DNA from: an uncultured Phycisphaerales bacterium
GTDB taxonomy: Bacteria; Planctomycetota; Phycisphaerae; Tepidisphaerales; Tepidisphaeraceae
Length of the DNA: 64,000 nt
Direction of reading: 5' to 3'
Assembly (NCBI GenBank): GCA_963758525.1
Contig: CAVWVQ010000003.1
Coordinates: forward strand, 4,032,001 to 4,096,000
Shown one piece after another: positions 51,023-64,000 of this stretch; the stretch's first letter is position 1; each line of letters opens with the position of its first letter. A program made the translations under genes and the position numbers. Below the pieces are notes generated by a model that saw only the letters and a list, made by a program, of their open reading frames with translations, was not told the DNA's origin and did not search any database.

Positions 51023-51793
51023 CTATTTGGAGAAGAATTTCTTGATCGCATACACCGTCGCCTGGCGCTGCACCGCGGCGATCGATTCGAGCAGCGGAAT
51101 TTCCTTCGGGCAAACCTCGACGCAATTGCCAGCCTTGCCGCAGTCGGCGACGCCACCTTCCTCCATGAGCGTTTCCAGTCGCTCGTCCTTCAGAGATGCG
51201 CCGATCGGATGATCGTTAAACAAGCGGGCCTGGCTGATTACGGCGGCGCCGACGAACTTGTTGACCGGCGTATATTGCGGGCAGGCCTCCAGGCAACAGC
51301 CGCAACTGATGCAGCGCGACAGCGGATAGCGCTCTGCCTGAAGCTTCTCGGGCATCGGCGGCCCTTCACCCAAATCGTACGTGCCGTCGATGGGGACCCA
51401 CGCCTTGATGCGTTTGAGATCATTGAAAAGACGCTGGCGATTGACGAACAGATCGCGCACGAGAGGAAACTTGCTCATCGGCTCGAGCGTGATCGGTTGG
51501 CCCGGGGACGACACCTTGTCGACGAGCGTCGAGCAGGCCTGCCGTGCCCGGCCATTGATGACCATCGTGCAAGCGCCGCACACTTCCTCCAGGCATCCGC
51601 TGTCCCAGACTGGGGAACTGGTCGCCTTGCCTTCAGTCGTGGTCGGATGCGCAGCGATGTACTGCAGACATGAAATGATATTCATGTTCGGGCGATGCGG
51701 GACGGCGAATTCCTCCCACCGGGGCTGAGCGGAAGGCTCGTCCTGGCGACGAATCCGAATAGTGACCGTTCTTTGGCTCTGCGTGTCGCTCAT
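51023..51793 (-). CDS. sdhB: Succinate dehydrogenase iron-sulfur subunit
   Basis: CLEEVCGAC...C, CISCGCCLEAC and CGKAGNCVEVCPK. Confidence 0.95.
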   Translation of the reverse strand: MSDTQSQRTVTIRIRRQDEPSAQPRWEEFAVPHRPNMNIISCLQYIAAHPTTTEGKATSSPVWDSGCLEEVCGACTMVINGRARQACSTLVDKVSSPGQPITLEPMSKFPLVRDLFVNRQRLFNDLKRIKAWVPIDGTYDLGEGPPMPEKLQAERYPLSRCISCGCCLEACPQYTPVNKFVGAAVISQARLFNDHPIGASLKDERLETLMEEGGVADCGKAGNCVEVCPKEIPLLESIAAVQRQATVYAIKKFFSK

Positions 51794-52007
51794 TGCGAAA
51801 ATCGTATGGCAGCGAATCCCAAGAAGCCAGTTGTGATGGAACGCGTCATCGGACTTTTGAAACTGAAGGTTGCATGGATCGCCAGCTGGTGCAAGGCAAA
51901 GCGCGTCCGGAGATGACGGCGTTGGTCCAGCGGCAAGCCGCCGGAGGCGCCGCTTCGCCCGTCGTCAAATCCGACATTGCCGCGGACCGGCGCCTGCGTG
52001 CGCTGCG

Positions 52008-53660
52008 TTATTGCCCCGGGGCCGGGTTTCCGGCGGCCTGTGCCGCGGCGGCCGCGGCGCGGCTCTCGAACTCTTTTTTCTGCGGGTCGTCGGTGTCCTT
52101 GCGAAGGTCGCGCCGCTGCATGTTGCCGTTGTTGTCAACCAGCAGAACGTAGTAGCCCTTGGGAGGCAGCGGATCCTGACGAATGTCCACCAGCGTCCAT
52201 TGCGTGGGTCCGATGGCATCGCCGGGCGCGGCGAGGACCTCAGTTTCCTTGGGATTGGGCGACCAGACAAAGACGCTGAAATGCGCATCCTGCAAGCGAA
52301 CGGGAGCAGTGACAAAAACTTGCGTGCGAGATCGGATGGTAATGCTGCCGCTCGGCGTCGAAAGCTCCGGACCGGGGCTCGCCACGGCAAATTGCTTGGC
52401 CACCTGTGGCGTGGCGAGCCGCGTGGATGTGAAGAGCGGATTCAGCATGCGGTACTGGATGTAATACCGGTACGTCTTCTCCGGCACCACCGTGTCATCA
52501 TGCGCAACAATCATATCGTCAGTGCTCCTGACGGTTGGATTGAAGAAATTGCCCTGCACGCCATTGTCGGCCGGCGGCGGCGGGGTGTATGGAGGCGAGG
52601 GAGTGCGCAAGCCGCCGGGGTAGACCGGACCGGACAACGGCGCCGTCGGCGAACCTGCCCCTCCAGGACGGGGGCGGAAGGGAACACCGGGACCTGGTGA
52701 AGGCGGCTGTGCGCCTGCGCTGCCAGGCGCGCCTCCCGCATCGGCGGCGGCGGCGGGCGGGTTGTCGGGCATGTACCACGGATCGGCGCCAGGCGCCGTC
52801 GGATAAAACGGCGGACGCAGGATCAACTCCTGATTGCTCTGAGCCCAGAACTGGTACGTGCGCCCCTCCAACTCGCTTGGCGTGTCGCTCGACGGGTATG
52901 GGGCGGGGCTCACGTTGATCGCCAGCGGCGGAATCACTTTCGCGACGGGGGGCGTCCAGTTTTTGCCGGACGAATCCAATTCCTGACGGAACAGCGTCAC
53001 CTGCAGGTACATCGTCTGAAACATCTTCGGCGGTACTGGCGGCGCCGGAGGCGGCGCTTGAAACGCATCGGTGAACGCCTTGCTCAATTGTTTCATGTCG
53101 ACCTTGAACTCGACGGAAACCGCGTCGAGGTCTCTGCTGATCATCGGCACGGCGACGCCGGGATTCGCGGCCGCGTCGAATGTCGGATCAGCATATTGCG
53201 CAAGCGTGCGGTAGGACGCTATGGCTACCGGAATGGCAGCGGGCAACTGCGGTAACTTACCGATCTTCGCCAGCAGCCCCTCACCGACCGTGGCATCACT
53301 GGGCCCAACGGAACCAAATTGCCGGGTCGGATCGCCTCCGGAGACGACGACTGGAAGCAAGTGGAGATCAGCCTGATCACCCGCTTGCTTCGTCCACTCC
53401 GCCACGACATTGGGAGGGGTGATCACAATCGGATCGGTGATCTCCATCTGCTTGTCGAGCTGTGTGATCGGTCCCTTGACGATCGCGGAGTCGACGTCTC
53501 CTGGCTGGACGTCTTTCTGCGGCCCCAGCGTGACGGCAATGTCCGATTGGTAGCCGTAGCTCCAGGCCATGAACAACAGGTAAAGCGCTCCAACTCCCAA
53601 CGCGACCCATTGAACCTGCTGTTCGGCAATTTTGAGAAATTTCTGCATGTGCATCTGCAT
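52008..53660 (-). CDS. Hypothetical membrane-anchored Pro-rich protein (pilM cluster)
   Basis: N-terminal TM and HDDTV.PEKTYRY motif. RBS GAGG lies upstream. Confidence 0.8.
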   Translation of the reverse strand: MQMHMQKFLKIAEQQVQWVALGVGALYLLFMAWSYGYQSDIAVTLGPQKDVQPGDVDSAIVKGPITQLDKQMEITDPIVITPPNVVAEWTKQAGDQADLHLLPVVVSGGDPTRQFGSVGPSDATVGEGLLAKIGKLPQLPAAIPVAIASYRTLAQYADPTFDAAANPGVAVPMISRDLDAVSVEFKVDMKQLSKAFTDAFQAPPPAPPVPPKMFQTMYLQVTLFRQELDSSGKNWTPPVAKVIPPLAINVSPAPYPSSDTPSELEGRTYQFWAQSNQELILRPPFYPTAPGADPWYMPDNPPAAAADAGGAPGSAGAQPPSPGPGVPFRPRPGGAGSPTAPLSGPVYPGGLRTPSPPYTPPPPADNGVQGNFFNPTVRSTDDMIVAHDDTVVPEKTYRYYIQYRMLNPLFTSTRLATPQVAKQFAVASPGPELSTPSGSITIRSRTQVFVTAPVRLQDAHFSVFVWSPNPKETEVLAAPGDAIGPTQWTLVDIRQDPLPPKGYYVLLVDNNGNMQRRDLRKDTDDPQKKEFESRAAAAAAQAAGNPAPGQ

Positions 53661-53693
53661 GACTTACCTCGCGAGGTCCAGCTCAATTCGTGT

Positions 53694-54946
53694 TCAGGGC
53701 GCCGCGGCGCCGGCGGAGCAACATGAAGCGCCGTCTTGACGTCGTCGGGCATCAGCGGAACTGTCCATTTCCGCATCAGCAGACTCTCGCAGGCGAGTGA
53801 AAGCTGCACCACCGGCGAACTGCCGTAAATGTATCCCTGCGCGTCAGCCTGCACCGGGTCGACCGGCGTGATCTCGACGCCCAGGACCGTCATCATCTTG
53901 TCGCGCTGCAATTCGTGAAGCACCAGCGGAATCTGCTCCTGATCGACTTCCAGAACCAGATTGAACTGCACGACATCGTAGAGATCGTTGCTGACGTGTC
54001 CGGTGGGAGACCTCGTGAAATCGCGCACGTCGGTTCCGCCGGACTCGTCGGGGGGAGCCGCGGCGGCCGGGCCGCCGGCCGGCTGAACGTAGGCGGAGAT
54101 TCCCTCCGCAATTCTCAACTGCGAGAATCGTTTGACCGCGTCCGTGAGAATGTTGCTCGTCGGAATGTTGTTGTTCGCCGCGATGATCGCCGCCGCCACG
54201 TCCTGCTGGATCCACAGCGAAAGCTGCGCGTACCAGACGTCCGAGGGAGTGGGCCTAGCGCTCGGATTATTCATCACCGAATTGATGGTCAACGCCGTCG
54301 GATCCATATACAGCTTGTGCTGCGTCGCGCTCTCTTGCCGAAGCTTCTCCGGGAGCCTTTGCTGAATTTCCAGGAAGTCGTGCTCCAGTTGCTCGCGGTT
54401 GGCCTCCTGACCGTTGATCTTGTAGATCTTGTCCTCCACCTCAGTCTGGTGCAGCTCGGCTATTTTCTTGTTGATCTCATCCTGGTTGGGCGGCATCACG
54501 CTTCCAAGCGCGGCTGGAATCTGCTTCTGCATCACGTCGAGATACGCCCTGCGATAGTCGAAAACGCGATACGAGGGATCGGGAAGCGTGTCGGGCAACA
54601 GCAAGTCGTGCCCCGCCTTATTGAGGGCGACAGCCCTGTTCATCAGTTCGTCGCTCTGGTTATGCACGGTGTCGCGGGCGTCCTTGCCTGCGGTGATGAT
54701 CTGATCCGTGGGAAACCGATCGAGCGGCTGCGCCTCTGCCCCCGGTTGCACGATCGGGAGAAACCGCTGCTCCTTGAGCAGCGTTTGCGCCTGGGTGTAG
54801 CTCTGGGCGCGTTGCGTGAGTTCGGTGCGGAACTTGGCGCGCATGCCCGCCAGCGGGTATGCGAGCGCGATCATCGCGAGCAGGGCGACGAACCCGCACA
54901 CGATGCTGAGGACGTTTTTCTTGATGATGTACAGGGCCTTGTCCAC
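53694..54946 (-). CDS. Hypothetical membrane-anchored protein (PilO-like position); probable frameshift near 3' end
   Basis: N-terminal TM, WYAQLSLWIQQD and YDVVQF.L. The listed ORF overruns into the next gene, and a plausible stop lies at 53694. Confidence 0.7.
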
Positions 54947-55009
54947 GGTGTCTTCTCGAGGTCAGAGTGTGAAGGTCTTAACCATCCGGATCACGATCTG
55001 GGTCGGTTG

Positions 55010-57097
55010 CTAGGGAGCAGGGGCCGCGGCGGTTGGCGTCGCGCCGGCGGCGGGCTGCGGCGGTTGCGGATCGAGCGTTACGGCAATCAGCAGCGTTGCC
55101 TCCGTATCGTCCTTCATGCTCTCGTTGGGAATCAGCGGATCCGCCAGCGGATCGACTGGCCCCGCAGGCACAACCGGAGGCGCGACGGCGATCGGACGGC
55201 CTGGCGTGCGGCCAAGCGGGTAGGGGGCGTCCGAGGGGCTCAAGGGTGACGCTGCGGGGAATTGTTGCCGCGGCGCGCGCGGAGCAGTGATGAACGGGGA
55301 CCCCAGGGCCACTTTGTGGGCGATGGCAACGCTCTCGCGGACGAAGCAATAGGGGATCGGGACTCCGGTCTTGGCCAACTCATCCATTTTCTGTTTGCCC
55401 AGACCATCCAGTTTTTGAATCACTACTTTGCGGATGTGATCGTCGCCTCCCTCGTTGGGAGTAATGACGCGCACAGTGAACAAAAATCCGCGCTGAGGCT
55501 TGACGGGCGTGGCAGGCGCCGCACTCGCCGGAGCCGGCGGACGAACCATCAATCCGCCGCCGCCGGGGCCGAAGATCTGCTGCGAGAATACCGCATCGGT
55601 CATTACATCCTTGAAGTAAGGCGTAATATCAGCGACGTAGCGGTACGCGAAGTCGTGCATCACCACCTGCTGTCGTTTCCCGCGTGGAGTCGCAAGCATC
55701 GCCTTGAACGCTTCGGGCGTGGACGGGCTGGGAGGCATGGTATTGAAGATGTCCCGCAGCATGCCGCTCCACAGATCACGCCCCGCCAGCAGCCCGTCGA
55801 GCCGCAGGATCTGGGCTCGATCCGGGCCCCCGGAATCGGCGACCGCCTTCCATTGCGAATCAAATGAGCCGGCCCGGGCCAACGTTTCCTTAATGTGGTT
55901 CCCGTTGTTGAGGTGATCCTTGTCGTCCTGCAAATGCCGGTAGTAATAGCTTCCATAGGCGACCCCGGTGCCGCAAAGAAACAGCGCCGCCGCCGCCGCG
56001 AAGAACTTGGTCTTGTCGCGCCACATGCGCTCGCGGCGAATTTTCTGCGGAAGCAGCGAACTGTTAATCGCCGCGTCGCCCATCGCCTGCAGCGCCAGTC
56101 CGTAGGCGCTCACGCAGGAGAGCATGTTGTCGCTGAACGTCGCGGCGACCTTCGCGTCCAGGCCCGAAGTGTCGCCAAGACGATCGATCCGCGCGACCTC
56201 CAACTGCAGGTTTTGCTGAAGGTATTTTTGAAGTCCGGGCAGCCGGAACGTGCCGCCCAGCGCCAGCACGCGGCTGATGCGCGAGTCCTTGTGAATCGAC
56301 GCATAAAAGCCGATCGAACGCTGGATTTCCGCGACCAGGTCCGCAAATACCGGCCGCATTGCCTGCAGGATCTGCCGGCCGTATTTGCTCGTCGCGGCGT
56401 TGCGCTTCAGTTCCTCGGCCTTGGGGAACTTCAGCTTGAAACTCTTGACCAGCGCTTCGGTGAAATTGTTGCCGCCGATCGGGATCGACCGGAGCCAGAT
56501 CGCCTCCCCTTCGGCGATAATCAAGTCAGTGTTTTCCGCGCCCAGATCCACGATCATCGTGGTCCCCTTCACGCGCCGGTCGTGCTGCATGGCGTTGTAC
56601 ACCGCCAGCGGATTCATTTGCACCAGCTCAACGTCCAGGCCCGATTCGGTGAAATATTGAATGTGCCGGTTCACCAGTTCCCGGCGCATCGCGAAGATGC
56701 CCACTTCCACTTCCGGCGATTGATCGTTTTGAAAAAGCTGGTAGCTCCATTCAACGTCGTCGAGCGGGAAGGGAATCTGCTGAATGGCTTCAAAACGGAC
56801 GATCTCGGGAATCTTCCTGGGCTCGACCGGCGGGAGCTTGATGAATCGCGCGAAGCTCGACTGCCCGCTGACTCCGACCGCGATCGCGCCTTTGCTGCCG
56901 CCCTGATGCTGCACGAAGTTGGCGATGGCCGACTGAATGATCGAGTCGCGGTTATCTCCCGCTTGCGAGAGAATGTGCTCGTGCTCGATGATCTCGACGT
57001 CGGCAACCCGGATCACGCCATCCTTCCGCACGAGGCGGACGGCTTTGAGCGCCCGGTTTCCGATATCAATTCCCCAGGCGGCGTTCGACGAAGGCAT
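55010..57097 (-). CDS. pilM: Type IV pilus assembly protein PilM with fused C-terminal TM/PilN-like extension
   Basis: WGIDIG..ALK, RFIKLPPVE, FEA.QQIPF, DLGA..TD, IGGNNFT and EIQRSIGFY. Confidence 0.9.
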   Translation of the reverse strand: MPSSNAAWGIDIGNRALKAVRLVRKDGVIRVADVEIIEHEHILSQAGDNRDSIIQSAIANFVQHQGGSKGAIAVGVSGQSSFARFIKLPPVEPRKIPEIVRFEAIQQIPFPLDDVEWSYQLFQNDQSPEVEVGIFAMRRELVNRHIQYFTESGLDVELVQMNPLAVYNAMQHDRRVKGTTMIVDLGAENTDLIIAEGEAIWLRSIPIGGNNFTEALVKSFKLKFPKAEELKRNAATSKYGRQILQAMRPVFADLVAEIQRSIGFYASIHKDSRISRVLALGGTFRLPGLQKYLQQNLQLEVARIDRLGDTSGLDAKVAATFSDNMLSCVSAYGLALQAMGDAAINSSLLPQKIRRERMWRDKTKFFAAAAALFLCGTGVAYGSYYYRHLQDDKDHLNNGNHIKETLARAGSFDSQWKAVADSGGPDRAQILRLDGLLAGRDLWSGMLRDIFNTMPPSPSTPEAFKAMLATPRGKRQQVVMHDFAYRYVADITPYFKDVMTDAVFSQQIFGPGGGGLMVRPPAPASAAPATPVKPQRGFLFTVRVITPNEGGDDHIRKVVIQKLDGLGKQKMDELAKTGVPIPYCFVRESVAIAHKVALGSPFITAPRAPRQQFPAASPLSPSDAPYPLGRTPGRPIAVAPPVVPAGPVDPLADPLIPNESMKDDTEATLLIAVTLDPQPPQPAAGATPTAAAPAP

Positions 57098-57343
57098 GTT
57101 GCGTCCTCATCCGGGTGTAGTAATCGATCAAGGTGTAACGCGTGCCGCTGGCCGGAGCAACCAATTCGCTCTGTCGCGACGGGCTCGTGCCATCAACCGG
57201 CAAAGAATGCCGTGCGGGGTCCGGTAATAAGAGCACTCGTTGCGTGTGGCAGGATCCCGTGTGGGTGGCCCCAAAAACTCTGCAATCTCCGCCTCTCGTC
57301 CCTGCTCCAATGGTAAGTCAGCACCACTGATTCTGTCAATGAT

Positions 57344-60144
<2,801 letters not shown>

Positions 60145-60441
60145 GATCTTCCCGTGTTTGGCCCCTCCTCAGTCGCGCGGATTCTATGCGCACGCCGCAC
60201 GCTTACAAGCCAGTCATTCGTCCCACGGCCCCAGAGCGTGCCCGATTCTCCCAAAAGCCGAAGGACGCCGTTGGAATTGATCCGTCAAGCCCCTCTTATC
60301 GCAAACCCCGGGTCTCGACACCGGATGCGACCTTTTCCCAAGCGGATGCGTCCAGCCGCGCCAGCCCAAAAGAGTGATTGCCACGAAAAAACGCTAAGGA
60401 CGCGGCGCTGGCTGCGCCCGCAACCCAAAGAAACGAATCTG

Positions 60442-60494
60442 ACCGTGGATGAACGCGGGGAAAGAGATCGAACCGCTGATAAACGCCGATGAAC
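60442..60494. repeat. Short-tandem-repeat arm (CCGCTGATAAACGCCGATGAAC family)
   Basis: accgtggatgaacgcgg ... aaccgctgataaacgccgatgaac. Confidence 0.6.
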
Positions 60495-60518
60495 CCAGCG
60501 CTGCCTCGCTTCGCTCGG

Positions 60519-61898
60519 CCGCAACCAAAACGAAGAGCCGCGAAGACGCGAAGACGCGAAGAGAGACGCGAAGGTAAGAAAATCAAAAATGCGGGATCGA
60601 AGCCCAGGGAATTGTGCCTTGGGGTTTCAGGTGCAATTGAATTGTCTTCCTTCGCGTTTGTCTTCGCGTCTTCGCGTCTTCGCGGCTCTTGATCTTTTGG
60701 CTGATCGCCTGCCCGGGAAAATATGCGCAGCGCGCGAAGATCTCAATGGGTTGTGACACGGATTGGCCAAGGCCATTGTCTCCGCAATGCGGATGACCAG
60801 GCCCGCCGCGATCAAGTGAAGAGCCAGCTTCTGAGTGTTGGCAATTCTCCGCTGCACCTTGTTCGTGCAGCCACCCTGCTGAAAACGTTTGCTTCAGCCG
60901 CAACCAAAACGAAGAGCCGCGAAGAGCCGCGAAGACGCGAAGAGAGACGCGAAGGTAAGAAAATCAAAAATGCGGGATCGAAGCCCAGGGAATTGTGCCT
61001 TGGGGTTTCAGGTGCAATTGAATTGTCTTCCTTCGCGTTTGTCTTCGCGTCTTCGCGTCTTCGCGGCTCTTGATCTTTTGGCTGATCGCCTCCCGGGAAA
61101 ATTTGCGCAGCGCGCGAAGATCTCAATGGGTTGTGACACGGATTGGCCAAGGCCATTGTCTCCGCAATGCGGATGACCAGGCCCGCCGCGATCAAGTGAA
61201 GAGCCAGCTTCTGAGTGTTGGCAATTCTCCGCTGCACCTTGTTCGTGCAGCCAGCCTGCTGAAAACGTTTGCTTCAGCCGCAACCAAAACGAAGAGCCGC
61301 GAAGACGCGAAGGCGCGAAGAGAGACGCGAAGGTAAGAAAATCAAAAATGCGGGATCGAAGCCCAGGGAATTGTGCCTTGGGGTTTCAGGTGCAATTGAA
61401 TTGTCTTCCTTCGCGTTTGTCTTCGCGTCTTCGCGTCTTCGCGGCTCTTGATCTTTTGGCTGATCGCCTGCCCGGGAAAATTTGCGCAGCGCGCGAAGAT
61501 CTCAATGGGTTGTGACACGGATTGGCCAAGGCCATTGTCTCCGCAATGCGGATGACCAGGCCCGCCGCGATCAAGTGAAGAGCCAGCTTCTGAGTGTTGG
61601 CAATTCTCCGCTGCACCTTGTTCGTGCAGCCACCCTGCTGAAAACGTTTGCTTCAGCCGCAACCAAAACGAAGAGCCGCGAAGACGCGAAGACGCGAAGA
61701 GAGACGCGAAGGTAAGAAAATCAAAAATGCGGGATCGAAGCCCAGGGAATTGTGCCTTTGGGGTTTCAGGTGCAATTGAATTGTCTTCCTTCGCGTTTGT
61801 CTTCGCGTCTTCGCGTCTTCGCGGCTCTTGATCTTTTGGCTGATCGCCTGCCCGGGAAAATTTGCGCAGCGCGCGAAGATCTCAATGGGTTGTGACAC
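60519..61898. repeat. Tandem array of ~379-bp units (3.6 copies), each containing a 42-bp inverted repeat of GAAGACGC octamers
   Basis: Units start with ccgcaaccaaaac at 60519, 60898, 61278 and 61657. They differ at only a few positions. Confidence 0.97.
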
Positions 61899-61905
61899 AG
61901 ATTGA

Positions 61906-62012
61906 TCAGATATTCGTACGGTGCGTTTAACGTTCACTTGCGGTTTCCCGAAGTTGATCAAGAGGCCAACGTGAAGGCCGGTTGCGGCGATGGGGTGCCA
62001 GCGGAGATAATG
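61906..62012 (-). pseudogene. C-terminal remnant of a GxxExxY (PD-(D/E)XK-like) protein
   Basis: HYLR(WHPIA)ATGLHVGLLINFGKPQVNVKR matches the family C-terminus NYL.ATG...GLLINFG...V..KR. Confidence 0.75.
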
Positions 62013-62043
62013 CGCGCCAGTTTTGCTGAAAGGAATGCTTGCC

Positions 62044-63144
62044 GTGCGCGTTGGTGTGCCGAAAGAAGTGAAGGCGGATGAATACCGCGTGGCTTTGATG
62101 CCGGTGGGAGCGGATGTTCTGGTGCGGGCCGGGCATGAGGTTCTCATCGAGGCGGATGCCGGAGTCGGCAGCGGATTTGCAAATGAGGCGTATCTAAGCG
62201 TGGGGGCGAAGATTGTATCGTCCGCCAGGGAATTGTTTTCGCAGTCCGATCTGCTGATCAAAGTGAAGGAGCCGCAATCGCAGGAGATTGCCTTATTTCA
62301 CCGGGGGCAGATCGTTTTTACCTATCTGCATTTTGCGGCCAACCGCACGCTGACAGAGCGCTGCCGCGACAGCGGTATTACCGCGATCGCTTATGAAACG
62401 ATCAAAGACCGGGCCGGGCGTCTTCCGCTGCTGACACCGATGAGCGAAATCGCGGGGAAGATGAGTATTCAGGAGGGGGCGAAGTATCTCGAAAAGCCGA
62501 TGCGCGGCCGGGGGATTCTGCTGGGCGGCGTGCCGGGGGTTGCGCCGGCCAATGTGGTGGTGCTGGGAGCGGGCATCGTGGGGACTAACGCCGCGAAGGT
62601 GGCTGCCGGACTGGGAGCCAGCGTTTCCCTGATGGATATCAACCTGGAGCGGCTGAGGTATCTCGATGATGTGATGCCAGCCAACGTCTCCACGATTTTC
62701 AGTGATCCACATACGGTCAGAGAGCACCTCGCGCGAGCCGATCTGGTGGTCGGGGCGGTTTTGGTTCCCGGCGCAAAGGCGCCTCGACTGGTCACACGAG
62801 ACGACCTGAAGATCATGAAGGCCGGTGCCGTGATCGTCGATGTCGCCATCGACCAGGGGGGGTGTTTTGAGACCAGCCGGCCCACGACGCACCAGGACCC
62901 GACATACGATGTCGACGGAATCATTCACTACTGCGTCACCAACATGCCGGGCGCCGTCGGCCGCACGAGCACGATGGCACTGTGCAACGCGACGTTGCCG
63001 TATGTCGTCAAGGTCGCCGACAAAGGCTTTGAGAAAGCAGCGGCGGAAGATCCCGGCTTTGCCGAGGGGATCAATCTGGTGGCCGGCCGAGTCACGCACG
63101 CCGCGGTGGCCGACTCGCTGGGGCTGAAATACGAACCCATGTAA
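62044..63144 (+). CDS. ald: Alanine dehydrogenase
   Basis: [42 protein letters not shown] and YCV.NMPGAV. Confidence 0.97.
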   Translation: MRVGVPKEVKADEYRVALMPVGADVLVRAGHEVLIEADAGVGSGFANEAYLSVGAKIVSSARELFSQSDLLIKVKEPQSQEIALFHRGQIVFTYLHFAANRTLTERCRDSGITAIAYETIKDRAGRLPLLTPMSEIAGKMSIQEGAKYLEKPMRGRGILLGGVPGVAPANVVVLGAGIVGTNAAKVAAGLGASVSLMDINLERLRYLDDVMPANVSTIFSDPHTVREHLARADLVVGAVLVPGAKAPRLVTRDDLKIMKAGAVIVDVAIDQGGCFETSRPTTHQDPTYDVDGIIHYCVTNMPGAVGRTSTMALCNATLPYVVKVADKGFEKAAAEDPGFAEGINLVAGRVTHAAVADSLGLKYEPM

Positions 63145-64000
63145 TGCAAGCATTAATCAAGAGCAGCAAAAAGACGGGACTGTGGCTCGAAGACGTTCCG
63201 ATGCCAACGATCGGCATCAACGACGTGCTGGTGAAGGTGCTGCGTACCGGCATCTGCGGGACCGACGTTCACATTTACAACTGGGATGCGTGGGCGCAGA
63301 AGACGATCCCCGTGCCGATGGTCGTCGGCCACGAGTTCGTCGGGCGCATCGTCGAACTCGGGTCGAATGTTCACGACTTTCACGTCGGCGACATCGTCAG
63401 CGGCGAAGGGCACGTGGTCTGCGGGCGATGCCGCAACTGCCTTGCAGGCCGGCGTCATCTGTGCAAGGACACCAAGGGCATCGGTGTGAATCGGGCCGGC
63501 GCGTTTGCCGAGTACATCGCGCTGCCCGTCACGAATGTCTGGGTCCATGAAAGCGGCGACGGACCCGCATCTAAAATCTCGCGCGACGTGCAGTCAATCT
63601 TCGATCCATTTGGCAATGCTGTTCACACCGCCCTCAGCTTCGACGTGCTTGGCGAAGACGTGCTGATCACCGGCGCCGGGCCGATCGGCTGCATGGCGGC
63701 AGCGGTGGTGAAACACGCGGGGGCACGCTACGTCGTTATCACCGACGTCAACCCCTATCGGCTGGAACTGGCGCGGAAAATGGGCGCCACCGAGGCAGTC
63801 GATGTCCGCTCGGATTCCATCGCCGCCGTTCAGAAGCGGCTGGGCATGAAGGAAGGCTTCGACGTTGGGCTGGAGATGAGCGGAAACGCGGCAGCTTTCC
63901 GCGACATGCTGGCCAACATGTCCCATGGCGGCCGCATCGCCATGCTCGGCATCCCGCCCGGCGGCGAGATGTCGATCGACTGGAACACTGTCATCTTCAA
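63144..64000 (+). CDS. tdh: L-threonine 3-dehydrogenase (3'-partial)
   Basis: MQALIK...[57 protein letters not shown] and LITGAGPIG. The start overlaps the ald stop. Confidence 0.95.
   Translation, partial: MQALIKSSKKTGLWLEDVPMPTIGINDVLVKVLRTGICGTDVHIYNWDAWAQKTIPVPMVVGHEFVGRIVELGSNVHDFHVGDIVSGEGHVVCGRCRNCLAGRRHLCKDTKGIGVNRAGAFAEYIALPVTNVWVHESGDGPASKISRDVQSIFDPFGNAVHTALSFDVLGEDVLITGAGPIGCMAAAVVKHAGARYVVITDVNPYRLELARKMGATEAVDVRSDSIAAVQKRLGMKEGFDVGLEMSGNAAAFRDMLANMSHGGRIAMLGIPPGGEMSIDWNTVIF

Noticed and set aside
57100..57340. Riboswitch upstream of pilM (also considered at 30480-30950)
   Set aside because: No recognisable c-di-GMP or other aptamer consensus was found by eye. An Infernal/Rfam scan would be needed.
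60489..61715. Repeated 60-140 aa ORFs within the 379-bp array
   Set aside because: They occur on both strands, are broken differently by indels in each copy, and have no clear RBS or family motif.
60519..61898. CRISPR array, integron cassette array or DGR template/variable repeats
   Set aside because: The linkers are identical rather than unique, the few differences show no adenine-specific pattern, and there is no cas, integrase or reverse transcriptase in the window.

Overview
GC-rich bacterial chromosome segment, very likely a planctomycete of the Phycisphaerae/Tepidisphaerales type (inferred from LESRxLLS N-terminal motifs, a CxxCGYDL zinc ribbon and the pilM cluster layout). The left ~12 kb is accessory. 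It holds secreted hypotheticals, a patchwork of truncated genes and a carbohydrate cluster (SGNH esterase, two GH29 fucosidases, sialate O-acetylesterase), and it ends at tRNA-Pro(CGG). The rest is mostly core or envelope genes: mtnP, a large TPR/beta-propeller protein, a cyclophilin surface protein, accC-accB-pepP, an AKR, a YqiJ/flotillin pair, a K+ channel, an Ig-repeat surface protein, smpB, an RDD/SpoIIM/DUF58/MoxR cluster, glnS, gltX, pssA-psd, sdhB, a pilM cluster, acnA, ald and tdh (partial). The most unusual signal is non-coding. Many intergenic slots hold palindromic elements from several families: GTAG/GTTAG REP doublets, CCCTCTCCC cruciform elements, and inverted arrays of 7-10-mer tandem repeats. 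Two of these have been tandemly amplified: a 6 x ~45 bp G-rich array at 18.6 kb, and a 3.6 x ~379 bp array at 60.5-61.9 kb that abuts a GxxExxY nuclease-like gene remnant. Two VapBC pairs have toxins reduced to fused N- and C-termini. About ten frameshifts, including one in acnA, suggest indel-type assembly errors, so pseudogene calls based on a frameshift alone are tentative.
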